From: Eledone cirrhosa
Taxonomy: Eukaryota
Length of the DNA stretch: 64,000 nt
Reading direction: 5' to 3'
Assembly (NCBI GenBank): GCA_964016885.1
Contig: OZ024741.1
Span: forward strand, 67,828,001-67,892,000
Below the pieces are notes generated by a model. The model worked only from the letters and a program-made list of their open reading frames with translations. It had not been told where the DNA came from and did not search any database. Of the stretch, positions 1-13,440 are shown one piece after another. The translations under genes were made by a program, and so were the position numbers. The first letter of the stretch is position 1; each line of letters begins with the position of its first letter.

Positions 1-667
1 TGTATGTATATATGTATGTATGTAAGTATGTATGAATGTATGTATGTATATATATATATATTTACTCATTGTTCGTAGAATGTCGCTAGAGAAGTGAATG
101 CGCTGTTGATATTCATTGAAGTTCTGTAACTGACAACGTTGTGCCTGACCAGTGAGTAAATAAACGGGCAGATAACTCGCGCTAGTCTGTCGTTATATAA
201 ACAATACAAAACCACTTGAAAATGCCTGATTCCCTACCGACTGTGTTTTTGATACAACCATATAATATTTAGGCATTTACACAACCAGTTTTACATAACA
301 ACCAAATCTCCTTCAAATAATCACACACACCCTTCAGTCTAAGGAGACAAGAATGTATATTTTGAATAATGTTGTTTTCATAGGATAACGTTTCCATCAT
401 ACACACTGAGCTAGAACATTTTCAAAAGATTCAAAAGGATTTTAACACCTGATCGTTTGCTCCCAGTCTATAACAGTAACTTTCGAGGTCGATAAATAAA
501 CGGCCTGTAAAATATTCGGTTCAATTCTTCTTTTATATCTCTTTCTCACTCTCCTTCCCGGGAAGATAGGATGTGCTCCGCTAGTCTTAAAATGTCCAAC
601 AAACGCCGTATATTATGACGGCGCCACTGTGACTCCATCAGGAGTTACGGGTCCATACGTGTATAAA

Positions 668-1065
668 TAATTGTTTCTACTATTGGCACAAGGCCAACAA
701 TTACCTCAGTACATTACTGGTACTTTATTTTATCCACCCCGTAAGGATGAAAGGCAAAGTGGACCTCGGCGGGATTTGAACTCACACCATAAAGGGGCGT
801 AACTCTATGCTGCAAAGCATGGCGTCCGACCTTCTACTGATACTGCTAATCCCCCTGTATAAATAATGGTTTCGAATTTAGGCTGAAGGCCAGCAATTTG
901 TGGGAGGGAAAGTTAAGTCGATTAACTCGACTCCAGTGCATGAGTGATTCTTTATTTTATCCACCCCGTAAGTATGAAAGGCAATGCTAACCTCGGCGGG
1001 ATTTGAACTCAGATGCTACAGATTCATGGTGTCCGATGCTCTACCGATACTGCCAATCTACCGCT
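668..1065 (-). mobile_element. Two tandem copies of a tRNA-derived SINE with Nin/Deu-like central domain
   Basis: The reverse strand shows box A TGGCAGTATCGG-like and box B GAGTTCAAATCC motifs, a central TTGCCTTTCATCCTTACGGGG..GATAAAATAAAGTACCAG and an (ATT)n tail; the same element recurs about 20 times in the window. Confidence 0.85.
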
Positions 1066-1399
1066 CTTATACATGTATTAATAATGAGTGTAGCATTAGT
1101 ATCAGGACCATGGCTGTTTGTTTGTGTGTGTTGTATGTGGCTGTTATAGGAATTGCCTGTGGTACACGTGGGGTCCTTCATAGTCAGCTACATCTCGTCC
1201 ATGATACAACATTGCGAAATTGGAATTATGCATAGTGAATGAAAATCAATACAATTGTTAGCTACATATAAAATTACTATTTCACGTGTCCTTGTAATAG
1301 AAATTCTAGTGCGCTACTTGTGGGCTTGTCCGTATTGGTGTGGTAGTGGTAGTGGTGGAGTTGTAATATAAGAGTGATAGTAGTGATGTTGATGTGAAT

Positions 1400-2345
1400 A
1401 GACACAATTATCATAGCCATCATCACTATAATAACCACCACCACCACCACCACCACCACCACCACCACTACTACCACCACCGCCACCACCACCATCATCG
1501 TTATCATCATTATTATTATTATCGTTATATCAAAGGAACAATATTATTATTATTATTAGTAGTAGTATTATTATTATTAGTATTATTATTATTAGTATTA
1601 TTATTATTAGTATTATTATTATTATCATTATCATCATCATTATCATCACCATCATCATCATCTATAACAACACAAGTAACTGCAACACCAATGATATATC
1701 GACACAAGAACTGCAGGCAGTAACAACGACAAGCTCATCTGCAGCAGCCACAACAGCTGTAGCTTCCGCAGAAGGGGCACCAACAGCAGTAGTAGCAAGC
1801 TAGAACGACATCAGCAAGGACAATTTCCACGTTTCAAAACAGCAAGTGTGATAGTAGTTGTAGCATTACATATATAAATATTAACATCATCATCATGACC
1901 AGCAATAACAGTACCATTGATTAGTCCCCCCCCCCCTTCTTCTTTCTCCTGCTCTGCCTTCTCCCTGCTTTATCTACTTCCGCATCATAAATATTATGGC
2001 CAACACTATCATCATCATGATTAATATCATCATGTCCAGCACCAAGCACATCATTATCCTCGTTATCATCATCAACATCATCATCATCACCAGCAGCAGC
2101 AGCATCATAATAATAATAATAATAACCATCATCATCATCATCATCAACATCAAGCACGTAATCAACATCATCATCAACATAATCATCATCATCAACATAA
2201 TCATCATCATCGCCTTCGTCCTCGTCGTCATCACCAGCGCAAATATCCACGGTCATCGACATCAACACCACCATCATCATCACCATCACCATCATCATCA
2301 TCATCGTCGTCGTCATCATCATCATCTTAATCATCAATAATAGCA
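1400..2345. repeat. Compound trinucleotide microsatellites (CAC/CAT/TAT)n
   Basis: Directly visible; these explain the poly-H/M/I/D ORFs. Confidence 0.9.
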
Positions 2346-2384
2346 TAGGTATCCACATTATTATCAACAAGGCGGGATTTGAAC

Positions 2385-2537
2385 CCTTTACGATCTGAGT
2401 TCAAATCCCGCCGAGGTTAACTTTGCCTTTCATCTTTACGGGGTCGTTAAAATAAAGTACCAGTAATGTACTGGGGTCGAGTTAACCGACTTTCTCTCAA
2501 ATTGTTGGCTTTGTGCCTCAATCAGAAACCATTATTA
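2385..2537 (+). mobile_element. SINE copy (5' truncated, long variant)
   Basis: GAGTTCAAATCCCGCCGAGGTTAACTTTGCCTTTCATC...GGCTTTGTGCCTCAATCAGAAACCATTATT. Confidence 0.85.
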
Positions 2538-2619
2538 TCAACAAGACAATCAGCATAACTCTCTATGTGAGAAGGTAGGGTAAGGAAGGTAGGTTAACAT
2601 ATCGTTAAATTGATTAAAG

Positions 2620-3320
2620 TGAGATGTGGTGGACTGAGCTAAGGTGAGGTAGACTGAGGTAAGATGTGGTGGACTGAGGTAAGGTGAGGTGGACTGAGGT
2701 AAGGTGAGGTGGACTGAGGTAAGGTGAGGTGGACTGAGATAAGGTGAGGTGGACTGAGCTAAGGTGAGGTGGACTGAGGTAAGGTGAAGTGGACTGAGGT
2801 AAGGTGTGGTGGACTGAGCTAAGGTGAGGTGGACTGAGGTAAGATGTGGTGGACTGAGATAAGGTGAGGTGGACCGAGGTAAGGTGAAGTGGACTGAGGT
2901 AAGGTGAGGTGGCCTGAGGTATGGTGAGGTGGACTGAGGTTAGGTGAGGTGGGTTGAGGTAGGATGAGGTGGACTGAGGTAAGGTGAGGTGGACTGACGT
3001 AAGGTGAGGTGGGTGAGGTAAGGTGATGTGGACTGAGGTAAGGTGAGGTGGACTGACGTAAGGTGGGTGAGATAAGGTGAAGTGGACTGACGTAAGGTGA
3101 GGTGAACTGAGGTAAGGTGAGGTGGACTGAGTTAAGTTGAGGTGGACTGAGGTAAAGTGAGGTGGACTGAGGTAAGGTGAGGTGGACTGAGGTAAGGTGA
3201 GTGGGGTTGAGGTAGGGTGAGGTGGACTGAGGTAAAGTTAGGTGGACTGAGGTAGGGTGAGGTGGACTGATGTAAGGTGAGGTGGGTTGAGGTAGGGTGA
3301 GGTGGACTGAGGTAAAGTAA
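2620..3320. repeat. 20-bp minisatellite GAGGTAAGGTGAGGTGGACT, about 35 units
   Basis: Tandem units directly visible, built from related 5-mers. Confidence 0.95.
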
Positions 3321-4397
3321 GAGGAGGTGGATAGAATACTTTGCAGTATTCATTTCGGCTCTCTTCCCTCTAAGTTCAAATCTCGTCTTGGTGAATTAGG
3401 CCTTTCACCCTTTCGCGGTCGATAACAGAAGTACCAGTCTATTACTGGGATCTATTCTTCCTCTATGTCTCTTTCTCACTTCTTATCTGTCACTCTCCCT
3501 CTCTTTCTCTCTCTCTCTCTATCTATCTATCTACCTCCGCCCCTCTCCCTCTCTCTCCCACTCAGAGAGAAATCGATTGTTCAGTCTTAGGAAGAAGATA
3601 GGCTGCGCCAGATTTTAAAAATGCCCAAGAAACATCGTATGTCCCTCGGCGCTCCTACAGCTCCATAAGGAGTTATAGGTAAAAGATGATGAATATAAAG
3701 GAAGTGAAGCTGCGTCTAGCGGTCATACGTCCTCTTATAATTAGCCGTGATATCTCCTCTAAACTTTACTTTGCACTGTATAATGTGTTTCGTTATAGCG
3801 CGTAAGGTAGTGCTGAATATAATTGGTTCTTATATTGGCACAAAGCCAGCAATTTTGATGGAATGGACAAATCGTGTATATCGACCCCAGTATTTGAGTA
3901 TATCGGCCTCGAAAGGATGAAAAACTAAGTTAACCCTGGCCTTGGCGTAATCTGAACTCAGAACGTATAAGAACCGTCGCGAAATGCCTAACTGATTTCT
4001 AATTTTGGCAGAAGACTAGCAATTTAGGGTAACGGAAAAATCAAATATATCGACCCAGGCACTTCAAGTTTTCGACATAGGGATTTGAAGTCAACGTTAA
4101 AAGCCGGAACAAATACCACAAAATATTTGTTCGACCCTCTACTGAATCTGCCAAACCACCGCACTTTGTAATACTGAACGTAATATGGTATAAAAAAGAT
4201 AAAACACTCACTCCTTACATGCTAGTTAAATTGTGGTGGTTAGTTGCAGAGACATATTTCTTTTATTACCACTGTCATCACACTACCACTACATCTACCA
4301 CAACGATCATCATTACTTTTATTGAATGTTTCTAGTAACATCCTTAAAAACAACAGCAACAGGATCTTTAATCGTGTATGTGTGTGAATGTATGTGA

Positions 4398-4510
<113 letters not shown>

Positions 4511-5254
4511 TGTGTTTGTTGGTGGGGTACGCATGCATGCTTGTTTATCTGAAGTATTAAACGCGACAGTAAACGGAGAAAAAAATAAGCAAAATTATCA
4601 ACAATGGCATCAACAAAGGAAAATAGATAAACAATGTGTCGGCGTGTATATGTGTGCGCCTGTATGAGCGTGTGTGTGTGTATGTGTGCGTGCGCGCGTG
4701 CGCGTGCGTGTGGGGGGGGGGGGTAAAATTCTAACAGTAAAGAGATGAAGAACATATAATAAAATCAATAAAAATAACAATGGCACTAATAGCAGCAGCG
4801 GCTGCACGAAGAGACGATAGAACGATAATGCTGGAAGGAAATATGGCAAAAAAATTATACTAGAAAAGTCTGTGTATATAGATGTAGGTAGATTCCCAGA
4901 TAAAACGATTATTTTGATTCTTTTGCGTAGGTAACATAGTTCACAAACATCTTTTAAAAAAAGCCACAATTCCTGATTTTACACACACACATACACACAT
5001 ACACACACACATATATATATATATAAATGAAATGTAGAGTTAATAACTCATACTGAAACCCTGTAATTAACAAGCTCAAAGTGTTATTACTGAGCATTAT
5101 AACAATATATGTAGTAATAAACACAGTAAATCGTGTGTTTAAAATTACGAGGGTTGAAAACCACATTTGTTTGAAATATTTAACCATGAAACAGACAGAA
5201 AATATATAAGATAAATATATATACAGACCGCCTCAATAACTATTACATCTCCCG

Positions 5255-5281
5255 GACAGATTAGGGATTAATCTGTTTCGC
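5255..5281 (-). ncRNA. 3' half of a hammerhead ribozyme (GAAA-stem III-GUC), truncated at a (TA)n tract
   Basis: Minus strand CGAAACAGATTA-ATCCC-TAATCTGTC gives 8-bp stem III ACAGATTA/TAATCTGT followed by C17; the CUGANGA half is missing. Confidence 0.5.
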
Positions 5282-6859
5282 CACATATATATATATATTT
5301 ATTAAATCAAAATGTATGGCTAAACCAAATTAATTAGTGACTAATTATTTTGAATTTGCTATCTAATATACCCTGTATTAAGTATGTTCACATAAACTAA
5401 GCTATTATTTTCTATGCAACGTTGTTTCTGGGTAATTTCTTCCAGTAATTTATATATTTTCTAAAATATGCCTATTTTCTATGCCAACTAGTATACACTC
5501 GTGTGCAGTTATTTCCTCATCATTACTTCGGCAATTTTAGTGTAGTCTGTTTCGTTGTGGAGGACTAATGTAACGAAAACATGCCAATAGCTGTCTCCCT
5601 TACTTACTAGAATGAATTAAAATAATTATAATCATTGACTAATATTGTCTTCCCACATAATTATTTCAAATTAGTTTGTTGATGATCACTGCATTAAAAA
5701 TATTGACACTTTACTAAAGACTGAAACACATTTAATTCAGCAGGCTTTTAGTCTTCCACTACTCTGGCTCTAAATTTAGCTGTGTGTAATATCGAACTTT
5801 ACTTAATATTTCCTTTTGACTGGGCACAATGCCAATTTCAAAAGATGTTCATGATGATGATATATATAGTCGATTGAATCAACTCCAGTTACTTAATTGA
5901 TCAGGGCAGACATGGCAGAACTGGCAGATTTGATTACTTGCCAATCTACCGACGGGCCACTTATTTTTACAACCTACTCTAGGCGAGCCAATATGGAAAG
6001 GAGTTTCTATATCACTACTAGGCATGCTAGAAATAGCAACCCAATCTTTCCAACCATCATGTGAAAAAAAGGTCTTGGGTATATTTAATCTTTTTTTTTT
6101 TTAGACGTCAGTAAATAAATTGCCAGATTTCTATACCTCCGTATATCACATAGAGGTTATTCTGGTGGGTGAGGTGCGTGAGTATCAAGGGGCTCTCTGC
6201 ATCTTCTGGCGACTAAATGGTCACCTAAAAGCATATTCCTATTATGTATATATATACGAGTGGTTTTGGCTTGTGTGTTCAGCAACTCTTTTCGAAGGGT
6301 CTAGTAATTTGCGGTCTTATCGGTTTCAGCACCGCACACACTCTCTCTCTCTCACTCACTCTCTCTCTCCCTCTATATAAATATACGCATATATACACAT
6401 ATGCACATATACATGTATACATATGTATATATGTATATATATATATACATGTGTGTGTGTGGGTGTGTGTGTGTGTGTGCGTATGTGTGCGTGTGTGTAC
6501 GTATATATGGATGTACCCTTGTATAGATACATAAGTACTCACATACCTATACATGTGTTTTGTTTCAAAAACTATTTGCTTTATATAACAGAGCCAAATA
6601 GGTGGGAAATATAATATTTTCGCGTATAAATATAACCACCACGTGACATCTCAGACCAGCCGCTGTGTTTAAATCGATCTCTCTGTTCAGTTTTTGATAT
6701 GACTATCTCCCTCGTTACACCCGTATGTCTCGCTGTCTATTCCTCTCTTCTCATCTATTTATACATATATCCTACTCTATCTCGTCCTCACTCACCCTCT
6801 CACTCTTTCACACTCTTTCTCTCTCTATCTCTATCTCTCTCTCTCCATATATATATATA

Positions 6860-6905
<46 letters not shown>

Positions 6906-6958
6906 TGTACGTGTGTGTGTGTGTGTGTGTGAGAGTGTGTGTGTGTGCATGAATGTGT

Positions 6959-7432
6959 GGACACCTGAAAAATAGATTAAGAGAAACTTAATAATAAGGA
7001 GTGGCCCCCAAAAAATTTGACCCTGTTTATAGATTTCTTTCTGCCTTTGTCACTCTAAATACAATTTTAAAGAATTAGCTTTTAAAGAATTCCCCTTTCT
7101 TTAAACCCATCAAGCATGGACCTCCACCCATCCTGTAGACACCTGAAATATAGGCATTGTTAGCTTAAGAGAAACTTAAAAATAAGGAGTGGTCCTCCAA
7201 TCTGGACTTGTTTATAGTATTCCTTCTGTCTTTGTTACTTTAAAGAATTAGCTTTTATAGAATTCCCTTTTCTTTAAACACATCAACCAATGACCTCCAC
7301 CCATCCCAATCCCCACTCTCTCCTACCACCAGAAAATATATAAATACCACCATATTTACTTGGACAGTCAGCTTCCTGATGATTTCGCATGAATGAAATA
7401 GTTCTAGTCCTGTAGAAGCTTTTCTATATTAA
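6959..7432 (+). mobile_element. Penelope-like 3' end/pLTR remnant with internal ~180-bp tandem duplication, ending in (TA)n
   Basis: 6959-7135 and 7138-7305 are diverged direct repeats, followed by the hammerhead at 7370-7420. Confidence 0.55.
7370..7420 (+). ncRNA. Type I hammerhead ribozyme (family A)
   Basis: AGCTTC-CTGATGA-T TTC GCAT GAA T-GAAA-TAG TTCTAGTC CTG-TA|GAAGCT; stem I is a perfect 6 bp, cleavage triplet GUA. Confidence 0.8.
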
Positions 7433-8482
7433 ATATATATATATATCTGTCTGGAGTTTCACGTGTGTACTTATAGGATCATCAGACAGACAGTGTCCTC
7501 TGAATTTACTGGTGAAACTGCAGGTTAACAAGGTTAACTCTATTTCAGTATTTAGTACTCATTTGCTCAGCCATGAAAATAACACATATATATATGGTAC
7601 GGTTCCGTAACTCCTGATAGAGTTGTAGGGGTGCCGTATTGACATATGGCGTTTCTTGGCCATTTTAGGTCTGAGTACAGCAGATTTCTTCCAGAGAAAG
7701 ATAGAAACATTTATGAAAGATTGACATTTGATGCCTATGAAATGTACACAGCTGGTATAATATGATAAAATAAACTGATGTTGAATATGTGGTACCGTCT
7801 CTTCCTTTTCTTAATATTGACACTCACCTGATACAATATACGTAATAAGTTATGGCACTCATAACATGGAGTGCTTCTGCCTGATACACCACGATTGGCC
7901 TGAATTGCCCAACACTGTTTATCGTAGTCAATATATATAAATATTATAGGTGATTCATTGATTTACTGGTGATGGTATTATTATGAGCATTCTATGTAAA
8001 GACAGAATGTATGTATTCAGGAAAAGTGTTGAAGTTTCGTTTACATGTTTTTATTGTTTATTGAACTGTTCCATGTATCACAGATATTTGGCTCAAATTT
8101 ACCTATGGATACTATAGACCCGAGTCCAGCATCGATCAGCTTGTGAGACTTAATGATTCAACTCTGTTTTTGTTGAATCACCAAAAATCGATGCAGGAGT
8201 TCAGTCCCTAGCATGTATAGGGGACCATGAGCCAAACATCTAAGAAACGTATGAAATAGATCGATAATTAATAAAAACATATACACGAAACCTCAACGTA
8301 CGTGTCTGTATATATCATTCTCTCTCTGTCTCTCTCTCTCTCTCCCTCTCTTTCCCTCTCTCTATCTCTCTCTCTATCTCTCTCTCTCTCTCTTGCTCTC
8401 TCGCTCGCTCTCTCTCTTTATATATATATATATATATTAATTCAAAATATTAACAAAAATAGACATTCGTGTGATCAAGTAT

Positions 8483-8547
8483 ATTTTATTATACATATTT
8501 CAGAGGTACTGAGCTATCTTCAACAGTACGTCCTCATCAGATAAAAT
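8483..8547 (-). ncRNA. Type I hammerhead ribozyme (family B, inverted copy)
   Basis: Reverse complement of 8618-8682 with G at position 10.1. Confidence 0.75.
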
Positions 8548-8617
8548 AAGATGATGCATGACTACCATGACTGGATCTTATCCATCTACTAAGTCAGGGT
8601 ATGTCATGCATCATCTT

Positions 8618-8682
8618 ATTTTATCTGATGAAGACGTACTGTTGAAGATAGCTCAGTACCTCTGAAATATGTATAATAAAAT
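8618..8682 (+). ncRNA. Type I hammerhead ribozyme (family B)
   Basis: ATTTTAT-CTGATGA-AGACGTACTG..CAGTACCTCT-GAAA-TATGTA-TA|ATAAAAT; stem I 7 bp, near-palindromic minimal stem III. Confidence 0.75.
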
Positions 8683-8821
8683 ATACTTGATCACATGAAT
8701 GTCTATTTTTGTTAATATTTTGAATTAATATTAATAACTCCGGAAAACCATTTCAGTTGAGTGCTTCCAATCTATTGTAAAACTCATTCTTTGATTTATT
8801 CATTGAACCTTGTTTAACCTT

Positions 8822-8889
<68 letters not shown>

Positions 8890-8975
8890 GAAAAATTGAA
8901 CGGGAACAAAACAGAGAGGCAGTACAACAAATGTTTATTAATTTCACGCTCTTGAGAGTGGGGTGGTGGTGGGGA

Positions 8976-9007
8976 ACGACGTTTCGGGCATAAGCCCTTC
9001 TTCAGGT
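8976..9007 (-). ncRNA. Minimal Penelope-type hammerhead ribozyme
   Basis: Minus strand CTGAAGA-AGGGC TTAT GCCC-GAAA-CG-TC; palindromic ACGT stem III; stem I weak. Confidence 0.75.
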
Positions 9008-10498
9008 GAAAAGTGTGTGGGAAGAGAGTTCAAAGGGTGTGTAGGGGAGTGGTGGAGAGACATATAGCAAAAAGGGGGTGAGAGGAAACGGTGCAAATGA
9101 AATTAAAAATAAAGGCATGATCAAAATAAAATTAAAATGGGGTAAAACAGGTGGTGGAGGGATGTGAGGCGTGTAGGGGTGGTGACGGGTGGAGTGGGGA
9201 GAGGGAGACGGGGTGTCCGAGCGGGGAGGGCTGAAGGTGGTGTGTGTGTGTAGGTGTACGTGTGTGTGTGTGTGTGTATGTGAAAGCAAGGGTTGGGGGA
9301 AGAACGGGGTTGCATGTTCAGCAAGAGGTGTGCGTGGGGTGTATGTAGGAGTGTGTGTGCGTGTGTGGATATAGGGGTGGGGGTAGAGGAATCCGGAGGC
9401 TGAATGTGTAAATATGTGGTGGTACGCACGTGTGTGTGTGGTGTTTAAGCGTGGTGTGGGTGTAGGTGGCGTGTGGGGAAAAAAATAATTGTTGGGTGTG
9501 TGTGTGGGTGAGTCATAGAGGTGATTCCGTAAGAAGATGTGGTGGAATGCTTAGTAAAATCCTTGGATGTGGTTGATTCCGGGATCAAGGTTCACATACG
9601 TGTAATCCGTGAAGAGATTGGTCGGAAGAGGGGAGATGTGGGGTGCGCGCGGAACAGGAAGTGGTCAAGGCAGGAGGAGTGTTGTGTGTCTGTGTGTGCT
9701 GGGAGGTGGTCAGAGGGCATAGCAGCAGTAGGGTAAAATGGTGAGTGAAGGTGTGTTGTGTGTCTCTGTGTGCGGGGAGGTGGTCAGAGGGCATAGCAGC
9801 AGTAGGGTAGAATGGTAAAGGGGAGAGGATGGGTAGGTGTGAAAGTTGGAGTGGGGAGGGGGGTGTATTTGTAGAGGTGTTAGTGGGATGAGTGAGTGTT
9901 TGAGAAAGGGTGTGGGTGGAGCGGGGAGAGAAGGGTGTGGGGGTCGATGGAGGGAGTGTGGTGTACTGGTGTGTGTGTTTGGTGAAGGGGGTGTTAGTGG
10001 ATGTTAGTATACAGGAGGTGGAGAAAGGGTTGAATGCGGGTGTGAGTGGGGGTCAGTGGTGGTAGGGTGTGTAGAGTGGGTGGTGTAAGAGGGTGTGTGT
10101 GTACGTGTGCGAGGGTTGGGGGTGTTAGTGATGTTAGTTGCGTGTAGGGTGGGTGGTGTAAGTGGGTGTGTGTGTTCGTGGGCTTGCAGTCAGGGGGTGT
10201 TAGTGATGTTAGTTGCGGGGTGGTGGGGTGGATGTGTGGGGGGTGAGGCTTAGTGGTGGTAGTAGGGGGTGTGTTTAGTGTGAGCGCGTGTATATATGTG
10301 CCGGTGGGTGTGTGCGTGTGATAAGGAGGGGGGAAGAGAAGAAGGGAGGGATGTTAGTATGTTAGTTCGGGAAGGGTGGTCGGATGTGGGGTGGAGTGGA
10401 GGTGTTAGTATTGTTAGTTGTGGGGTGGGCGGTGAAAAGGAGGGGTGTGTTAGGGGTGTTAGTGGGGAATATGTGTGGGGCAGGGGGGCGGTCGAAGG

Positions 10499-11163
10499 CT
10501 AAAGGAATAAAGGTGGGGAGTTCAGGCCGGGGAGAGTGTGGGTCTGTAAGATGAAGATGGTTCGTTGTTCAACTCTTAGGAGATTGGCGGGTGTTCCGTG
10601 GCATTGGAGTAGGCCACAGACTGTGAGATGGCGTGCTGAATGTCCAGGGGCACCAAAGTGGCGGGCAATGGGGGAACTACCACCGAGACGAATATCCCGG
10701 AGGTGCTCAGTAAATCTGTCCGCCAGGCGACGTCCAGTCTGTCCGACGGTGTGTGAGTGTGCGGTGGCGTGGGGTGAGGGTAGTGGAGCGGTGGACAGCA
10801 CGGGCGCGGGTGAGAGCGGTGTGGACGAGAGGGGGGGGTAACCTCTGCGGATGAAATGGCTGACTAGGGAAAGGGCCTGGGACTCAAAGTCGGCATCTCG
10901 GCTACAGAGGCGGCGGATCCTGAGAAGTTGGGAGTAGGGAATAGAGTGTTTAGTGTGTGGGGGTGGGAAGAGGTGAAGTCGAGGTAAGAGTGGGAGTCGG
11001 TGGGTTTGAAGAAGGCGGAGGTGACGAGGGAGTGGTGGGAGGGGTCGAAGGCGACGGAGATGTCTAAGAAGTGGATGTGGGTGGTGGAGATAGAGGTGGT
11101 GAAGTGGAGGGAGGGGTGGAAGGAGCAGAAGAAGGAGAGAAAGGAGTCAACATCATACTTCAA
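10499..11163 (-). pseudogene. Penelope-like RT C-terminus + GIY-YIG endonuclease, frameshifted
   Basis: FLDISV...FFKPTDSHSYLDFTSSHP (PLE RT thumb) and VGQTGRRLADRFTEHLRDI...PIARHF...H...EQRTIF.L.T..PGLN (PLE GIY-YIG C-half). Confidence 0.85.
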
Positions 11164-11249
11164 TACATTTTTACATATTGTTTAGATTTTGAGCACGCAC
11201 GCACACACGTAAACATACATATACACATAGATGTATGTAAGTAAGTATG

Positions 11250-11304
<55 letters not shown>

Positions 11305-12020
11305 TAATGGCTGCATTAGTACTTACATTCATAATAGAATGTAAATTCGATTTTGTAGCTTGTAACTAAAATAAAGAACTGATAATATAATTCACTCTGA
11401 CGTGTAATACATAGTATATGAAATTTATACAAAGATTGGCGCCCATTTACTAATATGGTGTTTGACTCTTTCAAAATCAAATTATCGTTTGCCGTATTAC
11501 TCCGTATCGATTCTGAAACTACGTTTAAAAGGTATGGCTCGGATTTATATAAGTATAACTGGATTATATTCGTAATTTATTCGGCTGCACATTGGCAGAG
11601 TCATTAAAACATCAGGTAGAATGTTTTGCGGTACGATAAAAACATACCATTCCTGTCCTCTTTCCACTTTCTCTGTGCTTTTCTGGAGAGTGTTTGGCGC
11701 TGGAGGGGGCAAAGAACTCCACCTGTTTTAAAAATTCCCAAGGCACGTCATTTGTTACTACGGCGCACCTCCTACCCGACCAGGATTTACCAGTTGATAC
11801 TTAAACATATGTAATTTAATGATAGCTTATTGTTGCTGATCTGCATCAATACATCGTACATTCCTACGTTCTTCTAATGCAACAATTAAGACCCTAATTA
11901 TATGTGAAAATCGATGAAAACATAGTTATATAGATCGATAAATAGGAACCCATGTAGCATTTCAAATTTTCCCCTTAATTCCTATGACAACCACTCTCTC
12001 TATCTAACTATATATCTATT

Positions 12021-12134
<114 letters not shown>

Positions 12135-12206
12135 AATAAAGATTCAGCGAGAATCGCATTTCGGCGGGCAGGAAAGGCGAAGTGAAACGCAAAAATCGGA
12201 AATCCT

Positions 12207-12284
<78 letters not shown>

Positions 12285-12379
12285 AGCACTTCAATGAAGT
12301 CTGAAAGTATGACATCCGTCGATTGATCAGTTTTTGTGATGCGCATTTGTATTTATGTGCATGTATACATTTACCCCCC

Positions 12380-12445
<66 letters not shown>

Positions 12446-12756
12446 CATACATTTATTTATAGATACACACACCTATATATATATGTCTGTGTGTATGTGT
12501 GTGTTTGTGTGTGTATCTATACATATATCTACAGGATATATGTATAGATACATATATGTATACATACGTATCCGTAAGAAAGTGAGCAGACCTGAGGTAT
12601 ATGCTAAGATGATACCTAAGATATATATCGATTTTTTTAGTCTTTGAAAAAGAATTTTCCACATATTAAAAGATATATAATTACACAAAACCAATCGAAA
12701 AATAAAATATGTAATGAAATTTAATCTTTTCTCTTTATTCTAATATATATATATAT

Positions 12757-12945
12757 AATTTTTTCTACTTTTGGCACAAGGCCAGCAATTATCCAGTGTA
12801 TTACTGGTACTTTATTTGATCCACCCCGTAAGGATGAAAGGCAAAGTTAACCGGCGGGATTTGAACTCAGAATGGCAAGGGCCGTAACTCTATGCGTCAA
12901 AGTATAGCGTCCGAGCCTCTACCGATACTGCCAATCCATCGCCCT
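12757..12945 (-). mobile_element. Full-length SINE (short variant)
   Basis: Matches the 30464-30654 copy along its length. Confidence 0.9.
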
Positions 12946-13440
12946 AATATATATAAATCATAATCACTAACATATATAACAAGAATTTATTTTATTGTCT
13001 CCCGATAACCAGTATGAGCGTACATCCATCGTAAAAAGGGTTAACTATCTGCTAGAAATACTAGCCACAATCTGTATCATGAGAATGGTGTTTGTGATTG
13101 TGGTGGACGGTGCCGAGATTCTGCTGTTAGTGATTTTAGGGGTGGCAAATTTTGTAGTAGATATAATGACTGTGGTTAAAGTAGTTTTATGTGTCTTTTG
13201 TCTTTCATGGTGTTATCGTAATAAGGGTGTTAACTCTGGTAATACTGATGTTGTTGGTGTTAACAACGAAAATATAATTGTGAGATTGTAAGATAACATT
13301 TATTATTCTATATACTGAAACATCACATATATTGTGTGATATTGCAGAATATATTCAATTTAATTATTGTAATAAAATTATCAATTGCTTGAAATAATTT
13401 AATCAACTTAACATTATTTATTTTACAATGATTTTGAAAT

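Larger units (their letters stand above)
8434..8731. repeat. ~130-bp inverted repeat (fold-back dimer of a hammerhead cassette) next to (TA)n
   Basis: 8434-8562 is the reverse complement of 8603-8731 with about 2 mismatches. Confidence 0.9.
8890..11163 (-). mobile_element. 5'-truncated Penelope-like retroelement (RT end + GIY-YIG, long low-complexity 3' region, pLTR hammerhead) ending at (TA)n
   Basis: Protein motifs at 10499-11163 and hammerhead at 8978-9007 are on the same strand; the (TA)n tract lies at 8826-8888. Confidence 0.75.

Noticed and set aside
2620-3320. Regular repeat array with many AG|GTAAG/GTGAG donor-like motifs (CRISPR-like or splice-site array?)
   Set aside because: It has no unique spacers and no pyrimidine tracts; an ordinary 20-bp minisatellite in a eukaryotic context.
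5405-5600. Minus-strand GAAACAACGTTGCA and TGATGAGG, plus a hairpin at 5550-5577
   Set aside because: I could not assemble consistent stems I and II; at best a heavily decayed hammerhead.
7445-7535. Minus-strand CTGATGA...GAAA flanked by TCTGT/ACAGA
   Set aside because: No UH cleavage dinucleotide and no convincing stem II; kept only as a possible relic.
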